Positions 1-8,470 of a stretch of DNA of 32,000 bases are shown here, piece by piece. The DNA is from Pasteurella multocida (GTDB taxonomy: Bacteria > Pseudomonadota > Gammaproteobacteria > Enterobacterales > Pasteurellaceae). The notes beneath the pieces are model-generated. The model was not told the origin of the DNA. It saw only the letters and a program-made list of their open reading frames with translations, and ran no database searches. A program made the translations under genes and the position numbers. Numbering within the stretch: position 1 is the stretch's first letter; every line of letters starts with the position of its first letter. Location of the stretch: positions 510,001-542,000 of the forward strand of contig NZ_LT906458.1 in NCBI RefSeq assembly GCF_900187275.1. The letters are read 5' to 3'.

Positions 1-168
1 AACCCGATTTTATCACGTGAATTGATTTATACAGGCGTGACACGTGCGAAACAGCAATTAACCGTTTTTTCAAGTGCCGAAATTTGGAAAAGTGCGGTGA
101 AAAATCCAGTAAAAAGACAAAGTGGCTTGAACCAATTGTTAGTTGAATTATTTAACAAATCTGATTAG
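1..168 (+). CDS. recD: Exodeoxyribonuclease V alpha subunit RecD, 3' end only (start lies upstream of the window)
   Basis: Frame 1 is open from base 1 to TAG at 166-168. Translation NPILSRELIYTGVTRAKQQLTVFSSAEIWKSAVKNPVKRQSGLNQLLVELFNKSD matches the C-terminal helicase motif (ELVYTAVTRA..L.L) and RSGL tail of E. coli RecD as recalled. Confidence 0.7.
   Translation, partial: NPILSRELIYTGVTRAKQQLTVFSSAEIWKSAVKNPVKRQSGLNQLLVELFNKSD
90..98 (+). repeat. Uptake signal sequence core AAGTGCGGT
   Basis: Exact 9-mer match to the Haemophilus-type USS core, inside recD. Confidence 0.9.
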
Positions 169-204
169 AGTAAACTATTTCATGTAAATTAAAAGGAGTA
201 AAAA

Positions 205-852
205 ATGGAACTCTATGTTTATGATCATTGCCCTTATTGTGTCCGTGCGATGATGATTTTTGGCTTAAAGAACATACCCTTCAAAAAACATGTTCTGTTA
301 AATGATGATGAAGAAACCCCAATTCGTTTAGTGGGAAAAAAAATGGTGCCTATTTTAGTGAAAGAAGACGGTACTGCCATGCCAGAAAGCTTAGATATTG
401 TGAAATACATTGACGCACATTACGGGGAAGCGATTTTACAGACAGCGGTTCGTCCAGAAATTGAGGCATTGTTAGCGGAAATCACGAGTTATTCTAATTA
501 TTTATTGATGCCACGTTTCGTAAAACTGGACTTGGCGGAATTTGCTACGCAAAGTGCGATTGATTATTTCACCAAAAAGAAAACCGACTATGTGGGTGAT
601 TTTACGCAACATTTCAATAATACGCCGACTTATCTTGCACGTTTAACACAAGATCTTGAAAAATTATCTGCGCTCGTAATGGGGGAAACTTCATTAAATC
701 AGCATTTGTCATTCGAAGATATTTTAGTTTTTCCGTTGCTGAGAAACTTAACTTGTGTCAAAGGACTTCGCTTTCCTGCGCGCCTAGAAAAGTATATCAA
801 ACGTTTGTCCGAATTGAGTAAAGTTGAACTCTACACTTCACAGGCAATTTAA
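205..852 (+). CDS. grxB: Glutaredoxin 2
   Basis: 215-aa ORF. N-terminus MELYVYDHCPYCVRAMMIFGLKNIP carries the CPYC active site and aligns with E. coli GrxB (MKLYIYDHCPYCLKARMIFGLKNIP). AAGGAG lies upstream of the ATG. Confidence 0.9.
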   Translation: MELYVYDHCPYCVRAMMIFGLKNIPFKKHVLLNDDEETPIRLVGKKMVPILVKEDGTAMPESLDIVKYIDAHYGEAILQTAVRPEIEALLAEITSYSNYLLMPRFVKLDLAEFATQSAIDYFTKKKTDYVGDFTQHFNNTPTYLARLTQDLEKLSALVMGETSLNQHLSFEDILVFPLLRNLTCVKGLRFPARLEKYIKRLSELSKVELYTSQAI

Positions 853-942
853 TTGGTTAAAAAGGTTGCAATTTTCGCCAAAAATTTTATTCTTGTTGAT
901 GAGAATTTCGTCTCATGGGAACTTTATAAGAAGGAGAACAAT

Positions 943-1287
943 ATGGCATTAGGTTGGTATGAACTGAAATTGGCAAAAGATGGTCAATTTATGTTTAATT
1001 TAAAAGCTGCAAATAGCCAAGTGATTTTAACTAGCGAACTTTATCGTTCACGCTCTGCCGCTGAAAATGGCATTGCATCGGTCCAAAAAAATGGTCTTGA
1101 TGAAAAAAATTTTGAAGTCCGTGTTGCAAAAAACGATAAGCCTTATTTCGTTTTAAAAGCAAAAAATCATCAAGAAATTGGTCGTAGTCAATATTATTCC
1201 TCGTCCGTCTCTGCTAAAAAAGGGATTGTGTCAGTGACCAAAAATGCCGCTTCAACAGTCATTAAAGATTTGACAAGCGAAGCATAA
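943..1287 (+). CDS. yegP: YegP-family protein (two DUF1508/UPF0339 repeats)
   Basis: The track ORF starts at TTG 853, but ATG 943 follows AAGGAGAACAAT. MALGWYELKLAKDGQFMFNLKAANSQVILTSELY... and the second repeat PYFVLKAKNHQEIGRSQYY align with E. coli YegP as recalled. Product is 114 aa. Confidence 0.85.
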   Translation: MALGWYELKLAKDGQFMFNLKAANSQVILTSELYRSRSAAENGIASVQKNGLDEKNFEVRVAKNDKPYFVLKAKNHQEIGRSQYYSSSVSAKKGIVSVTKNAASTVIKDLTSEA

Positions 1288-1296
1288 GCCAATCAA

Positions 1297-1340
1297 ACCG
1301 TTTGTGGTGAATCCGTAAGTCGCAGACGGTTTTCTTTTTT
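1297..1340 (+). terminator. Rho-independent terminator after yegP
   Basis: ACCGTTTG (1297-1304) pairs with CAGACGGT (1323-1330) with one G-U pair, followed by TTTCTTTTTT. Confidence 0.65.
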
Positions 1341-1406
1341 CCTTTCTCTTGCTTTTTCTGTGGCAAAATTTAACAAAAAGTAGTCGCTTTTCCTTTTTTT
1401 CTCGAG

Positions 1407-1412
1407 TATAAT
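1407..1412 (+). promoter_or_regulatory. Candidate rplM-rpsI promoter -10 (TATAAT) with GC-rich discriminator
   Basis: Perfect TATAAT followed by CTTGCGACCC, a GC discriminator typical of stringently controlled r-protein promoters. An A/T-rich UP-like tract lies at about 1365-1382. The -35 is poor. Confidence 0.45.
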
Positions 1413-1426
1413 CTTGCGACCCTGTG

Positions 1427-1460
1427 AATGTACTGGATTTCCCACCAGACATTATTTTAT
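1427..1460 (+). promoter_or_regulatory. 5' leader hairpin followed by a U-rich tract in the rplM leader
   Basis: AATGT(A)CTGG (1427-1436) pairs with CCAGACATT (1445-1453): 9 bp with one bulge and an 8-nt loop, then ATTTTAT. Confidence 0.4.
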
Positions 1461-1502
1461 CGAGATCACACTCGAAGGGGTGCTTGATTAAGATTCATGG
1501 TT

Positions 1503-1533
1503 GTGTTTATGGGTGAATAAACAACATAAACAC
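1503..1533 (+). promoter_or_regulatory. Mutually exclusive hairpins in the rplM leader
   Basis: GTGTTTATG (1503-1511) can pair with CATAAACAC (1525-1533). Alternatively TGTTTAT (1504-1510) can pair with the first copy of the direct repeat ATAAACA (1517-1523). Confidence 0.4.
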
Positions 1534-1564
1534 TGGGTATTAATATTATTTTATTGGTAATTAA

Positions 1565-1996
<432 letters not shown>

Positions 1997-2012
1997 TCAC
2001 GAGGTTTAGGAT

Positions 2013-2405
2013 ATGGCAGAGAATCAAAACTACGGCACAGGTCGCCGCAAAAGCTCTTCAGCTCGTGTATTTATTAAACCGGGCAGTGGTAAAATCACTA
2101 TCAACCAACGTGATTTAGACGTGTATTTCGGTCGTGAAACAGCACGTATGATCGTTCGTCAACCGTTAGAGTTGGTTGAAATGACTGAAAAATTAGACCT
2201 ATACGTTACTGTTAAAGGTGGCGGTATTTCTGGTCAAGCGGGTGCAATCCGTCACGGTATCACTCGTGCATTAATCGAATATGATGAGAGTTTACGCTCT
2301 GTATTACGCGCAGCTGGTTTCGTTACTCGCGATGCACGTCAAGTTGAACGTAAAAAAGTGGGTTTACGCAAAGCGCGTCGTCGTCCACAATTCTCAAAAC
2401 GTTAA
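2013..2405 (+). CDS. rpsI: 30S ribosomal protein S9
   Basis: 130-aa [29 protein letters not shown]... ending ...[11 protein letters not shown]. It lies 16 nt after rplM, with AGGTTTAGGA upstream. Confidence 0.98.
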   Translation: MAENQNYGTGRRKSSSARVFIKPGSGKITINQRDLDVYFGRETARMIVRQPLELVEMTEKLDLYVTVKGGGISGQAGAIRHGITRALIEYDESLRSVLRAAGFVTRDARQVERKKVGLRKARRRPQFSKR

Positions 2406-2431
2406 TTTTTCTTTTACGTTTTATATTCAGA

Positions 2432-2461
2432 TTGCAAGCCCAAAAGGCTTGCAATTTTTTT
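2432..2461 (+). terminator. Rho-independent terminator after rpsI
   Basis: TTGCAAGCC (2432-2440) pairs with GGCTTGCAA (2446-2454), followed by a T7 run. Confidence 0.85.
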
Positions 2462-2508
2462 ATCTCAATAAAATTTACGATAATCTTTGGAAATCAGTGG
2501 GCGATTTG

Positions 2509-2517
2509 TGGTAGAAT
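2509..2517 (+). promoter_or_regulatory. Candidate sspA promoter, extended -10 (TGgTAGAAT)
   Basis: TG at 2509-2510, one spacer base, TAGAAT at 2512-2517, about 90 nt upstream of sspA. The -35 is weak. Confidence 0.4.
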
Positions 2518-2603
2518 AAACGCCCATTTTTTATATAAAATCATGCCAGAATCAGGCAAAGTTTAATAAATTTTAATTCATTTTAGAGCTGTCGGAGGAA
2601 TAG

Positions 2604-3242
2604 ATGACAAGCGCTGCAAATAAACGTTCAATAATGACACTTTTTTCAGATAAAACAGATATTTATTGCCACCAAGTAAGGATTGTTTTGGCTGAAAAGG
2701 GTGTTGCTTATGAAACGGAAGTTGTAGATCCTCAAGTCGTATCAGAAGATTTAATGGAATTAAATCCGTATGGCACGTTGCCGACATTAGTTGATCGTGA
2801 TTTAGTGTTATTTAATTCACGTATTATTATGGAATATCTTGATGAGCGTTTCCCTCATCCACCTTTGATGCCTGTTTATCCAGTGGCACGTGGGAAAAGC
2901 CGTTTATTAATGTTACGTATTGAGCAAGATTGGTACCCAGTATTAGCAAAAGCTGAAAAAGGCACGGACGCAGAACGTGCTGTCGCATTAAAACAATTAA
3001 GAGAAGAGATTTTAGCGATTGCGCCTATTTTCACGCAGATGCCTTATTTTATGAGCGAAGAGTTTAGTTTAGTAGATTGTTATATCGCCCCATTATTATG
3101 GCGTATGCAAGAACTGGGTGTGGATTTCAGTGGGGCGGGTAGCAAAGCAATTAAAGCTTACATGGCACGTGTTTTTGAACGCGATTCATTTATGCAATCT
3201 TTAGGCGTGTCGGCTCCGAAAAACTTAATGGATGAGAAATAA
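2604..3242 (+). CDS. sspA: Stringent starvation protein A
   Basis: 212-aa ORF. ANKRSIMTLFSDKTDIYCHQVRIVLAEKGV...RIIMEYLDERFPHPPLMPVYPVARG aligns along its length with E. coli SspA. GGAGGA RBS. Confidence 0.95.
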   Translation: MTSAANKRSIMTLFSDKTDIYCHQVRIVLAEKGVAYETEVVDPQVVSEDLMELNPYGTLPTLVDRDLVLFNSRIIMEYLDERFPHPPLMPVYPVARGKSRLLMLRIEQDWYPVLAKAEKGTDAERAVALKQLREEILAIAPIFTQMPYFMSEEFSLVDCYIAPLLWRMQELGVDFSGAGSKAIKAYMARVFERDSFMQSLGVSAPKNLMDEK

Positions 3243-3247
3243 TCAGT

Positions 3248-3730
3248 ATGCTACATAAATCATCACCAAAGCGTCCTTACTTGTTAAGAGCGTATTATGA
3301 TTGGTTAGTGGATAATGATTTCACCCCTTATTTAGTGGTGGACGCGACTTATGTTGGTGTGAAAGTCCCTGTGGAATATGTCAAAGATGGGCAAATTGTC
3401 CTCAATTTATCTGCGAATGCGACAGGTAATCTGGTACTAAGCAATGAAAGTATTCAGTTTAGCGCGCGTTTTCGTGGTATTTCACAAGATATTTTTATTC
3501 CTATGGGGGCTGCGTTAGCCATTTATGCTCGTGAAAATGGTGATGGTGTACTGTTTGAACCTGAAGCGATTTATGATGAGCTCGCAACACAAAATATTGG
3601 TATTGAGCAGCCACTGAGCTTTGTTGAGGCTGTCGATAAACCAAAAACCAGTGAGAATACTCAAAAAAGCACAAACAAAGACAAAACGACGGAAAAAAAA
3701 GCGACTTCTCATTTAAGAATTATTAAATAA
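3248..3730 (+). CDS. sspB: Stringent starvation protein B (ClpXP adaptor)
   Basis: 160-aa ORF. PKRPYLLRAYYDWLVDNDFTPYLVVDATYVGVKVPVEYVKDGQIVLN matches the SspB substrate-binding domain. The C-terminal LRIIK resembles the ClpX-binding LRVVK tail. Confidence 0.92.
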   Translation: MLHKSSPKRPYLLRAYYDWLVDNDFTPYLVVDATYVGVKVPVEYVKDGQIVLNLSANATGNLVLSNESIQFSARFRGISQDIFIPMGAALAIYARENGDGVLFEPEAIYDELATQNIGIEQPLSFVEAVDKPKTSENTQKSTNKDKTTEKKATSHLRIIK

Positions 3731-3750
3731 AAGAGGTTTTCTTTCTTCAT

Positions 3751-3780
3751 AAAAAAACACGCTTTTACGCGTGTTTTTTT
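3751..3780. terminator. Bidirectional terminator shared by convergent sspB and kdsC
   Basis: A7-ACACGC-TTTTAC-GCGTGT-T7. The symmetric A and T runs allow termination on both strands. Confidence 0.8.
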
Positions 3781-3792
3781 GTTGCGGACAGT

Positions 3793-4338
3793 TTATTGTG
3801 CCATTTTTTTTGCGGCTTTTAAGAAGCCTTGCGCACTCGTGTAGATGTCACTTTTATTCTGTGCCGCTAAAATCATATCCGACATTTCACGAAAGGCCCC
3901 TTGTCCACCTTTCAGGCTTAGTACGTGATCAGCGTGCATTTTGATATAAGCCGGCGCATCTTGTACTGCAAAGGCAACACCACAGACGGCAAAAGCAGGC
4001 AGATCAACGCTGTCATCACCAATATAAGCCGTTTCTTGCGCACAGACATTGGCTTGTTGTATCAATTCAAGACAGGCGCTTTCTTTTTCCAATTTGCCGA
4101 GGAAAAAGTGTTGGATGCCTAGATCTGCAATACGTTTGCGTAGAATCGGGGAATCTCGCCCCGAGAGTACCGCGACTTGAATGCCAGATTCCATTAACAT
4201 TCTGATCCCCAAGCCATCACGAACATGAAAGGTTTTGAAAGCTTCACCATGGGCATCGTAATGCAAAGAGCCGTCGGTCAGTACACCGTCGATATCTGTA
4301 ATCACAAATTTAATTTTTTTGAGTTTTTCCGTTAACAT
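3793..4338 (-). CDS. kdsC: 3-deoxy-D-manno-octulosonate 8-phosphate phosphatase
   Basis: 181-aa ORF with the HAD motif FVITDIDGVLTDG and YIGDD, matching the KdsC/YrbI family. Its ATG overlaps the kdsD stop (TAATG). Confidence 0.9.
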   Translation of the reverse strand: MLTEKLKKIKFVITDIDGVLTDGSLHYDAHGEAFKTFHVRDGLGIRMLMESGIQVAVLSGRDSPILRKRIADLGIQHFFLGKLEKESACLELIQQANVCAQETAYIGDDSVDLPAFAVCGVAFAVQDAPAYIKMHADHVLSLKGGQGAFREMSDMILAAQNKSDIYTSAQGFLKAAKKMAQ

Positions 4339-5273
4339 TAGCTTGTAAACTCCACTAGGCCAACCACATTTTGTTGATCATTAATCACCACTAAAGAGTG
4401 GATTTTCTTCTCTTTCATAAAGGCTTCGGCTTCAGCTAAATAGGCATCTTGATGAATGGTTTTAGGGTTCGATGTCATTAAATCTTGTGCTGTTTTACGT
4501 AAGGTTTCTGCACTATTAGCCGTAAGCGCGCGACGAATATCCCCATCAGTGATGATCCCTTTTAATTGATTTTGTTCCATTACTAAAGCAACCCCCATTC
4601 GTCCTTCATTCATAATACTCAGACAGTCTGTAAAAGAGGTCTCTAAGCGTGTGACAGGCAGACGTGTCTGCATTTCATCTTTGACGCGACATAATAGACG
4701 CCGTCCAAGACTACCGCCTGGATGGAAGCGTGCGAAGTCAGCTGGTTTAAAATCACGCGCTTTAATTAAGGCAACCGCTAAGGCATCGCCTAATGCCATT
4801 GTGACCAGCACAGAGGTCGTAGGGGCAAGATTATTAGGGCAGACTTCACGTTCAACACTGATATCTAGGACATAATCAGAGTGTTTGGCGAGGGTTGAAT
4901 TTGGGTTTCCCGTGAGGGCGATGATTTTATTGCCAAAATTTTTGAGACTAGGAATGAGTTTATTGACATCATCTGTTTCACCGCTATAAGAAATCAACAT
5001 GACAATATCAATTGGTTTGAGCATACCTAAGTCACCGTGGAAGGCTTCTGTCGGGTGTAGGAAAAAACTGGGTGTTCCAGTAGAAGCAAAAGTAGCGACC
5101 ATTTTTTTCCCCACTAACCCCGATTTCCCGATCCCGCCGATCACTAAGCGTCCTTGACACTGTAAAATTAACTCAACGATTTCGTTAAAGTGGGTATCAA
5201 GCCGCCGACCTAAACGTGCCAGTGCTTGTTCTTCGACCGCTAATGTTTCACGTGCGATTTGCAAATAATTCAT
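4338..5273 (-). CDS. kdsD: Arabinose 5-phosphate isomerase (SIS plus tandem CBS domains)
   Basis: The SIS motif GIGKSGLVGKKMVATFASTGTPSFFLHP and the C-terminal CBS pair match KdsD/YrbH. Start is placed at ATG 5273 (MNYLQIARETL), 8 nt after AAGGA. The track ORF extends to 5378 with a non-homologous N-terminal stretch. Confidence 0.9.
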   Translation of the reverse strand: MNYLQIARETLAVEEQALARLGRRLDTHFNEIVELILQCQGRLVIGGIGKSGLVGKKMVATFASTGTPSFFLHPTEAFHGDLGMLKPIDIVMLISYSGETDDVNKLIPSLKNFGNKIIALTGNPNSTLAKHSDYVLDISVEREVCPNNLAPTTSVLVTMALGDALAVALIKARDFKPADFARFHPGGSLGRRLLCRVKDEMQTRLPVTRLETSFTDCLSIMNEGRMGVALVMEQNQLKGIITDGDIRRALTANSAETLRKTAQDLMTSNPKTIHQDAYLAEAEAFMKEKKIHSLVVINDQQNVVGLVEFTS

Positions 5274-5389
5274 TTCTGAGTCCTTTATCGACATAAAAAC
5301 TGGGGGAATTATAACATAAGATTTTCGTTTGATTTTGAGTTTTCCATTTATTTGGAGTAAGAGAATGTTTTGTATCAAGAAAAGCTCAA

Positions 5390-5398
5390 AAGTGCGGT
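5390..5398 (+). repeat. Uptake signal sequence core AAGTGCGGT
   Basis: Exact 9-mer, in the intergenic region between kdsD and rnpB. Confidence 0.9.
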
Positions 5399-5449
5399 AG
5401 ATTTTTGTGGCGTTTCAAATAAGTTCTGTCTTTTGGGGGAGAATTACGT

Positions 5450-5455
5450 TATACT
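5450..5455 (+). promoter_or_regulatory. Candidate rnpB promoter -10 (TATACT)
   Basis: TATACT ends 8 nt before the inferred mature 5' end of RNase P RNA at 5464. Confidence 0.5.
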
Positions 5456-5463
5456 GCGCGCCT

Positions 5464-5835
<372 letters not shown>

Positions 5836-5842
<7 letters not shown>

Positions 5843-6570
5843 TTTTCTACACTGGTTTTAACTGCACGAATTGTAGCAAAATCCGTTCGCCAGATTTTTT
5901 GGTCATCTTCGCTATTTTCCCCCATTACAGCGTTCGCGTGATATGGCATTTCACTTAAACGATAACCTTTTCCAGATAAATGCAATTCGGTAATTCCCGT
6001 ATTTTTCACTAATAAGGCGGCATTTTGTGCATTGATGCCGGCACCAGCCATAATACGAATACGGTTTGATGCCTGACTGACAAGCTGTTTGATTAACGGT
6101 TGTCCTTCTACTGCGCTGGCTTTTTGTCCAGAAGTCAATACGCGTTCGCAACCTAACTGAATTAATTGTTCTAAGCTCGTGACGGGATCGCGACAGAGAT
6201 CAAAGGCACGATGAAAAGTGACGCCCAATCCTTCTGCTGCCTGTATTAATGTTTCGCAAACCGAAAGGTCAATGTCTGCATGTTTGGTCAATGCACCGAT
6301 CACAATGCCTTGAGCGCCGAGCTCTTTAGCAAGGCGAATATCCTCGAGCATCATGTTGACTTCTTGCGTGCTGAACAAAAAATCTCCTGCTCTTGGTCGG
6401 ATCATGACATAACAAGGAATGTTAGCAAAATCGACCGCACTTTTTATCAACGAATAGGAGGGCGTAACGCCGCCAACGGAGAGGCAAGCACAAAGTTCTA
6501 AACGATCGGCGCCAGCATTTTGTGCAATGTGTACCGATTCAATATTATCAATACAGACTTCGATTTTCAT
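5836..6570 (-). CDS. cutC: Copper homeostasis protein CutC
   Basis: 244-aa ORF MKIEVCIDNIESVHIAQNAGADRLELCACLSVGGVTPS... with the TIM-barrel CutC family pattern (RIELC, GG.TPS, HRAFD). Confidence 0.9.
6434..6442 (-). repeat. Uptake signal sequence core (ACCGCACTT on the plus strand)
   Basis: Exact reverse-complement 9-mer inside cutC. Confidence 0.9.
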
Positions 6571-6594
6571 GAGAAGTTATCCAAGATTCTGGTT

Positions 6595-6621
6595 AATAAA
6601 AAAGAGGCAAGTTGCCTCTTT
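6595..6621 (-). terminator. Rho-independent terminator after the outer-membrane lipoprotein gene
   Basis: On the minus strand AAAGAGGC-AACTT-GCCTCTTT is followed by TTTATT. It sits 5 nt after the stop at 6626 and about 25 nt before the cutC ATG. Confidence 0.75.
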
Positions 6622-6625
6622 CTTG

Positions 6626-7993
6626 TTATTTTGCTGAGTAATACCCTGCCATGGCGCTATAAATAGTATTTTCTTGCTGAATAAGTTGATATTTTGCATT
6701 TAAAATCGCCAATTTCGCATCGTTCTCCGTATTGGCGGCACTTAACCAATCACGTAACGGTGATACGCCTGCATCATAGCGATTTTTGTAATACTGTGTA
6801 ATGCGTTTGTTATAGGCATCTGCTTTTTGTAGATTCGCTAAATTCGCTTGTGATTGTTGATAGCTGAAATAATGGGTATCAATTTCATTTAATGCCGTGG
6901 TGATCGTTTGTTCATAGCTCACTTTGGCGAGTTCATAATTTGCTTCTGAAATTTTGACATTCCATTTTACCGTATTCCAACTGAGGAAAGGCAGATTAAT
7001 ACTGACGAGTCCACTAGCCATAGGGGTATCTAACGCGGTATCAACTTTCGCTCCTGCAGAGGCTAGGCTTGCGCCCAGTGTAATGGTTGGGAACCAACTC
7101 TTTTGAACAGCTTTAGCATCTTTGAAGGCGCTGCTTAAACGGTATTGTGCGCTTTTAATATCTGGTCGGTTCGCAATTATTGAGACAGGCACATTAGTAT
7201 TCACTCCAAGCGTTTTCACATTTAAAATGCTTGGGAATTTGATATTTAATGCTTCATTTGGTTTTAAATTTAATAAATTACGTAAAGTTTGCTCTGCCAC
7301 TTTTCGCTGCGTTTGGTAGGTGATCAGCTGGTTACGCGCTCTTAATACGGCTTGCTGTGCTTGATCAGAACTCGCACTGTCTGCTACACCGAGTTTAAAA
7401 CGATTTTGCATGATAGTATTAATCTGCGTGTAATATTTAATTGTTCCTTCTGTCGCTTGTACCGCATCATTTAAGAAAGCAATTTGGTAATAGGTTGCGA
7501 TGAGAGAATTGATGAGTGATAAACGGGCGGCTTCAAGATCTTGGGCGCTCGCTTTGTATGCCCACTCACCAGCCGAAGCCGCATCGGCTAAGCGTCGCCA
7601 TAAATCCAATGTATAGCTGACATTGATTGAACCACTATGCTGAATCTTGGAAGGTTGACTGTGTTCTATGTTACGTGTTGCACTGGATTCGACTCTGCCA
7701 CTAAAGGCTGGAACTAAATTTGCACCTAATAAATTGGCTTGATAAAGTGCTTTATTCACATTGATGGCGGCTTTAGCCAAATTTTTATTGTTGTCTAATC
7801 CTTGCGTAATCAATGCATTGAGCTGTGTATCATGATATAGCGCCCACCAACTTTCTTGCACAGAATATTGTTTTGTCACCTCTTCATACTGTTGAAAGTC
7901 TTGTTTGGCGAGTTGATAAGAATCATCCAGATTAGCACAACCAACCAAAGCGGTTGATAAGAGTAAAAAAGTGAGTGGGTTTCGTTTTAACAT
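6626..7993 (-). CDS. Outer-membrane efflux lipoprotein, NodT/TolC (OMF) family
   Basis: 455-aa ORF with a lipoprotein signal peptide and lipobox (LLLSTALVGC). Two-repeat OMF architecture with typical heptad-rich helices. AAGGA lies 8 nt upstream of the ATG. Confidence 0.85.
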   Translation of the reverse strand: MLKRNPLTFLLLSTALVGCANLDDSYQLAKQDFQQYEEVTKQYSVQESWWALYHDTQLNALITQGLDNNKNLAKAAINVNKALYQANLLGANLVPAFSGRVESSATRNIEHSQPSKIQHSGSINVSYTLDLWRRLADAASAGEWAYKASAQDLEAARLSLINSLIATYYQIAFLNDAVQATEGTIKYYTQINTIMQNRFKLGVADSASSDQAQQAVLRARNQLITYQTQRKVAEQTLRNLLNLKPNEALNIKFPSILNVKTLGVNTNVPVSIIANRPDIKSAQYRLSSAFKDAKAVQKSWFPTITLGASLASAGAKVDTALDTPMASGLVSINLPFLSWNTVKWNVKISEANYELAKVSYEQTITTALNEIDTHYFSYQQSQANLANLQKADAYNKRITQYYKNRYDAGVSPLRDWLSAANTENDAKLAILNAKYQLIQQENTIYSAMAGYYSAK

Positions 7994-8322
7994 GATTACA
8001 ATCCTTAGTTAAAAAATGCGAGTTGCCTTTACCATTTGCGAGAATGGATTATAGCAACTTTTCTCTTTACGTGCTAAAACCTTCATTGCAATTCTTGGTT
8101 TGCTCTCGTGTGAAAGAAAGTATGGCAATAATAGGAATTGCACAAAAATATGTTTATTAGCACAAGAGAACAATTGTTTTATGGGAGGGAAAGCGGCGGT
8201 TATTTCCTCCATGATATTTTGTTCACTGACTAAGTTTGGCGCTGTTTTTTATTTTTCCCTTCATTTATTCATGCGAGAAGTGGAAAGAAGCGCACGACAA
8301 ATTTTTAAATCGCTATTGAGTG

Positions 8323-8345
8323 AATGAACGTTCGTTCATTTTATC
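8323..8345 (+). terminator. Orphan terminator-like hairpin with no annotated upstream gene
   Basis: AATGAAC-GTTC-GTTCATT (8323-8340) followed by TTATC. It overlaps a second AT-rich hairpin, TCATTTTA-TCAT-TAAAATGA (8336-8355). A T-tract follows only on the plus strand. Confidence 0.35.
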
Positions 8346-8396
8346 ATTAAAATGAAAAATAGGAAGACGAAAGCCACAAGAAAATGCGGCGTATTT

Positions 8397-8425
8397 TTGT
8401 ATTCTGGTGGCAAACAGGGTAGAAT
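8397..8425 (+). promoter_or_regulatory. Candidate glnS promoter (TTGTAT-17-TAGAAT)
   Basis: The -35 TTGTAT is at 8397-8402 and the -10 TAGAAT at 8420-8425 with 17-bp spacing, about 45 nt upstream of the glnS ATG. Confidence 0.45.
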
Positions 8426-8470
8426 AGTGAGTATTTTTATAACAAAACCATTATGGAATTCGAGGTCAGA

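Noticed and set aside
336-343. Homopolymeric tracts as phase-variation switches (A8 in grxB at 336-343, A8 in sspB at 3693-3700, T8 in kdsC at 3804-3811)
   Set aside because: They are short tracts in intact housekeeping genes. The window has no tetranucleotide or longer simple-sequence repeats typical of Haemophilus contingency loci.
853-942. N-terminal extensions in the ORF track (853, 5378, 8453, 10252, 20034, 22260, 23952, 24874, 29244)
   Set aside because: In each case a downstream ATG fits better. It either has a better RBS or aligns with the homologue N-terminus. Several of the upstream starts are TTG codons or run through terminators or promoters.
1252-1452. 66-aa minus-strand ORF (Lys/Arg-rich)
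   Set aside because: It spans the yegP terminator and the rplM promoter/leader. Its composition reflects T-rich intergenic DNA read in reverse, and it has no RBS.
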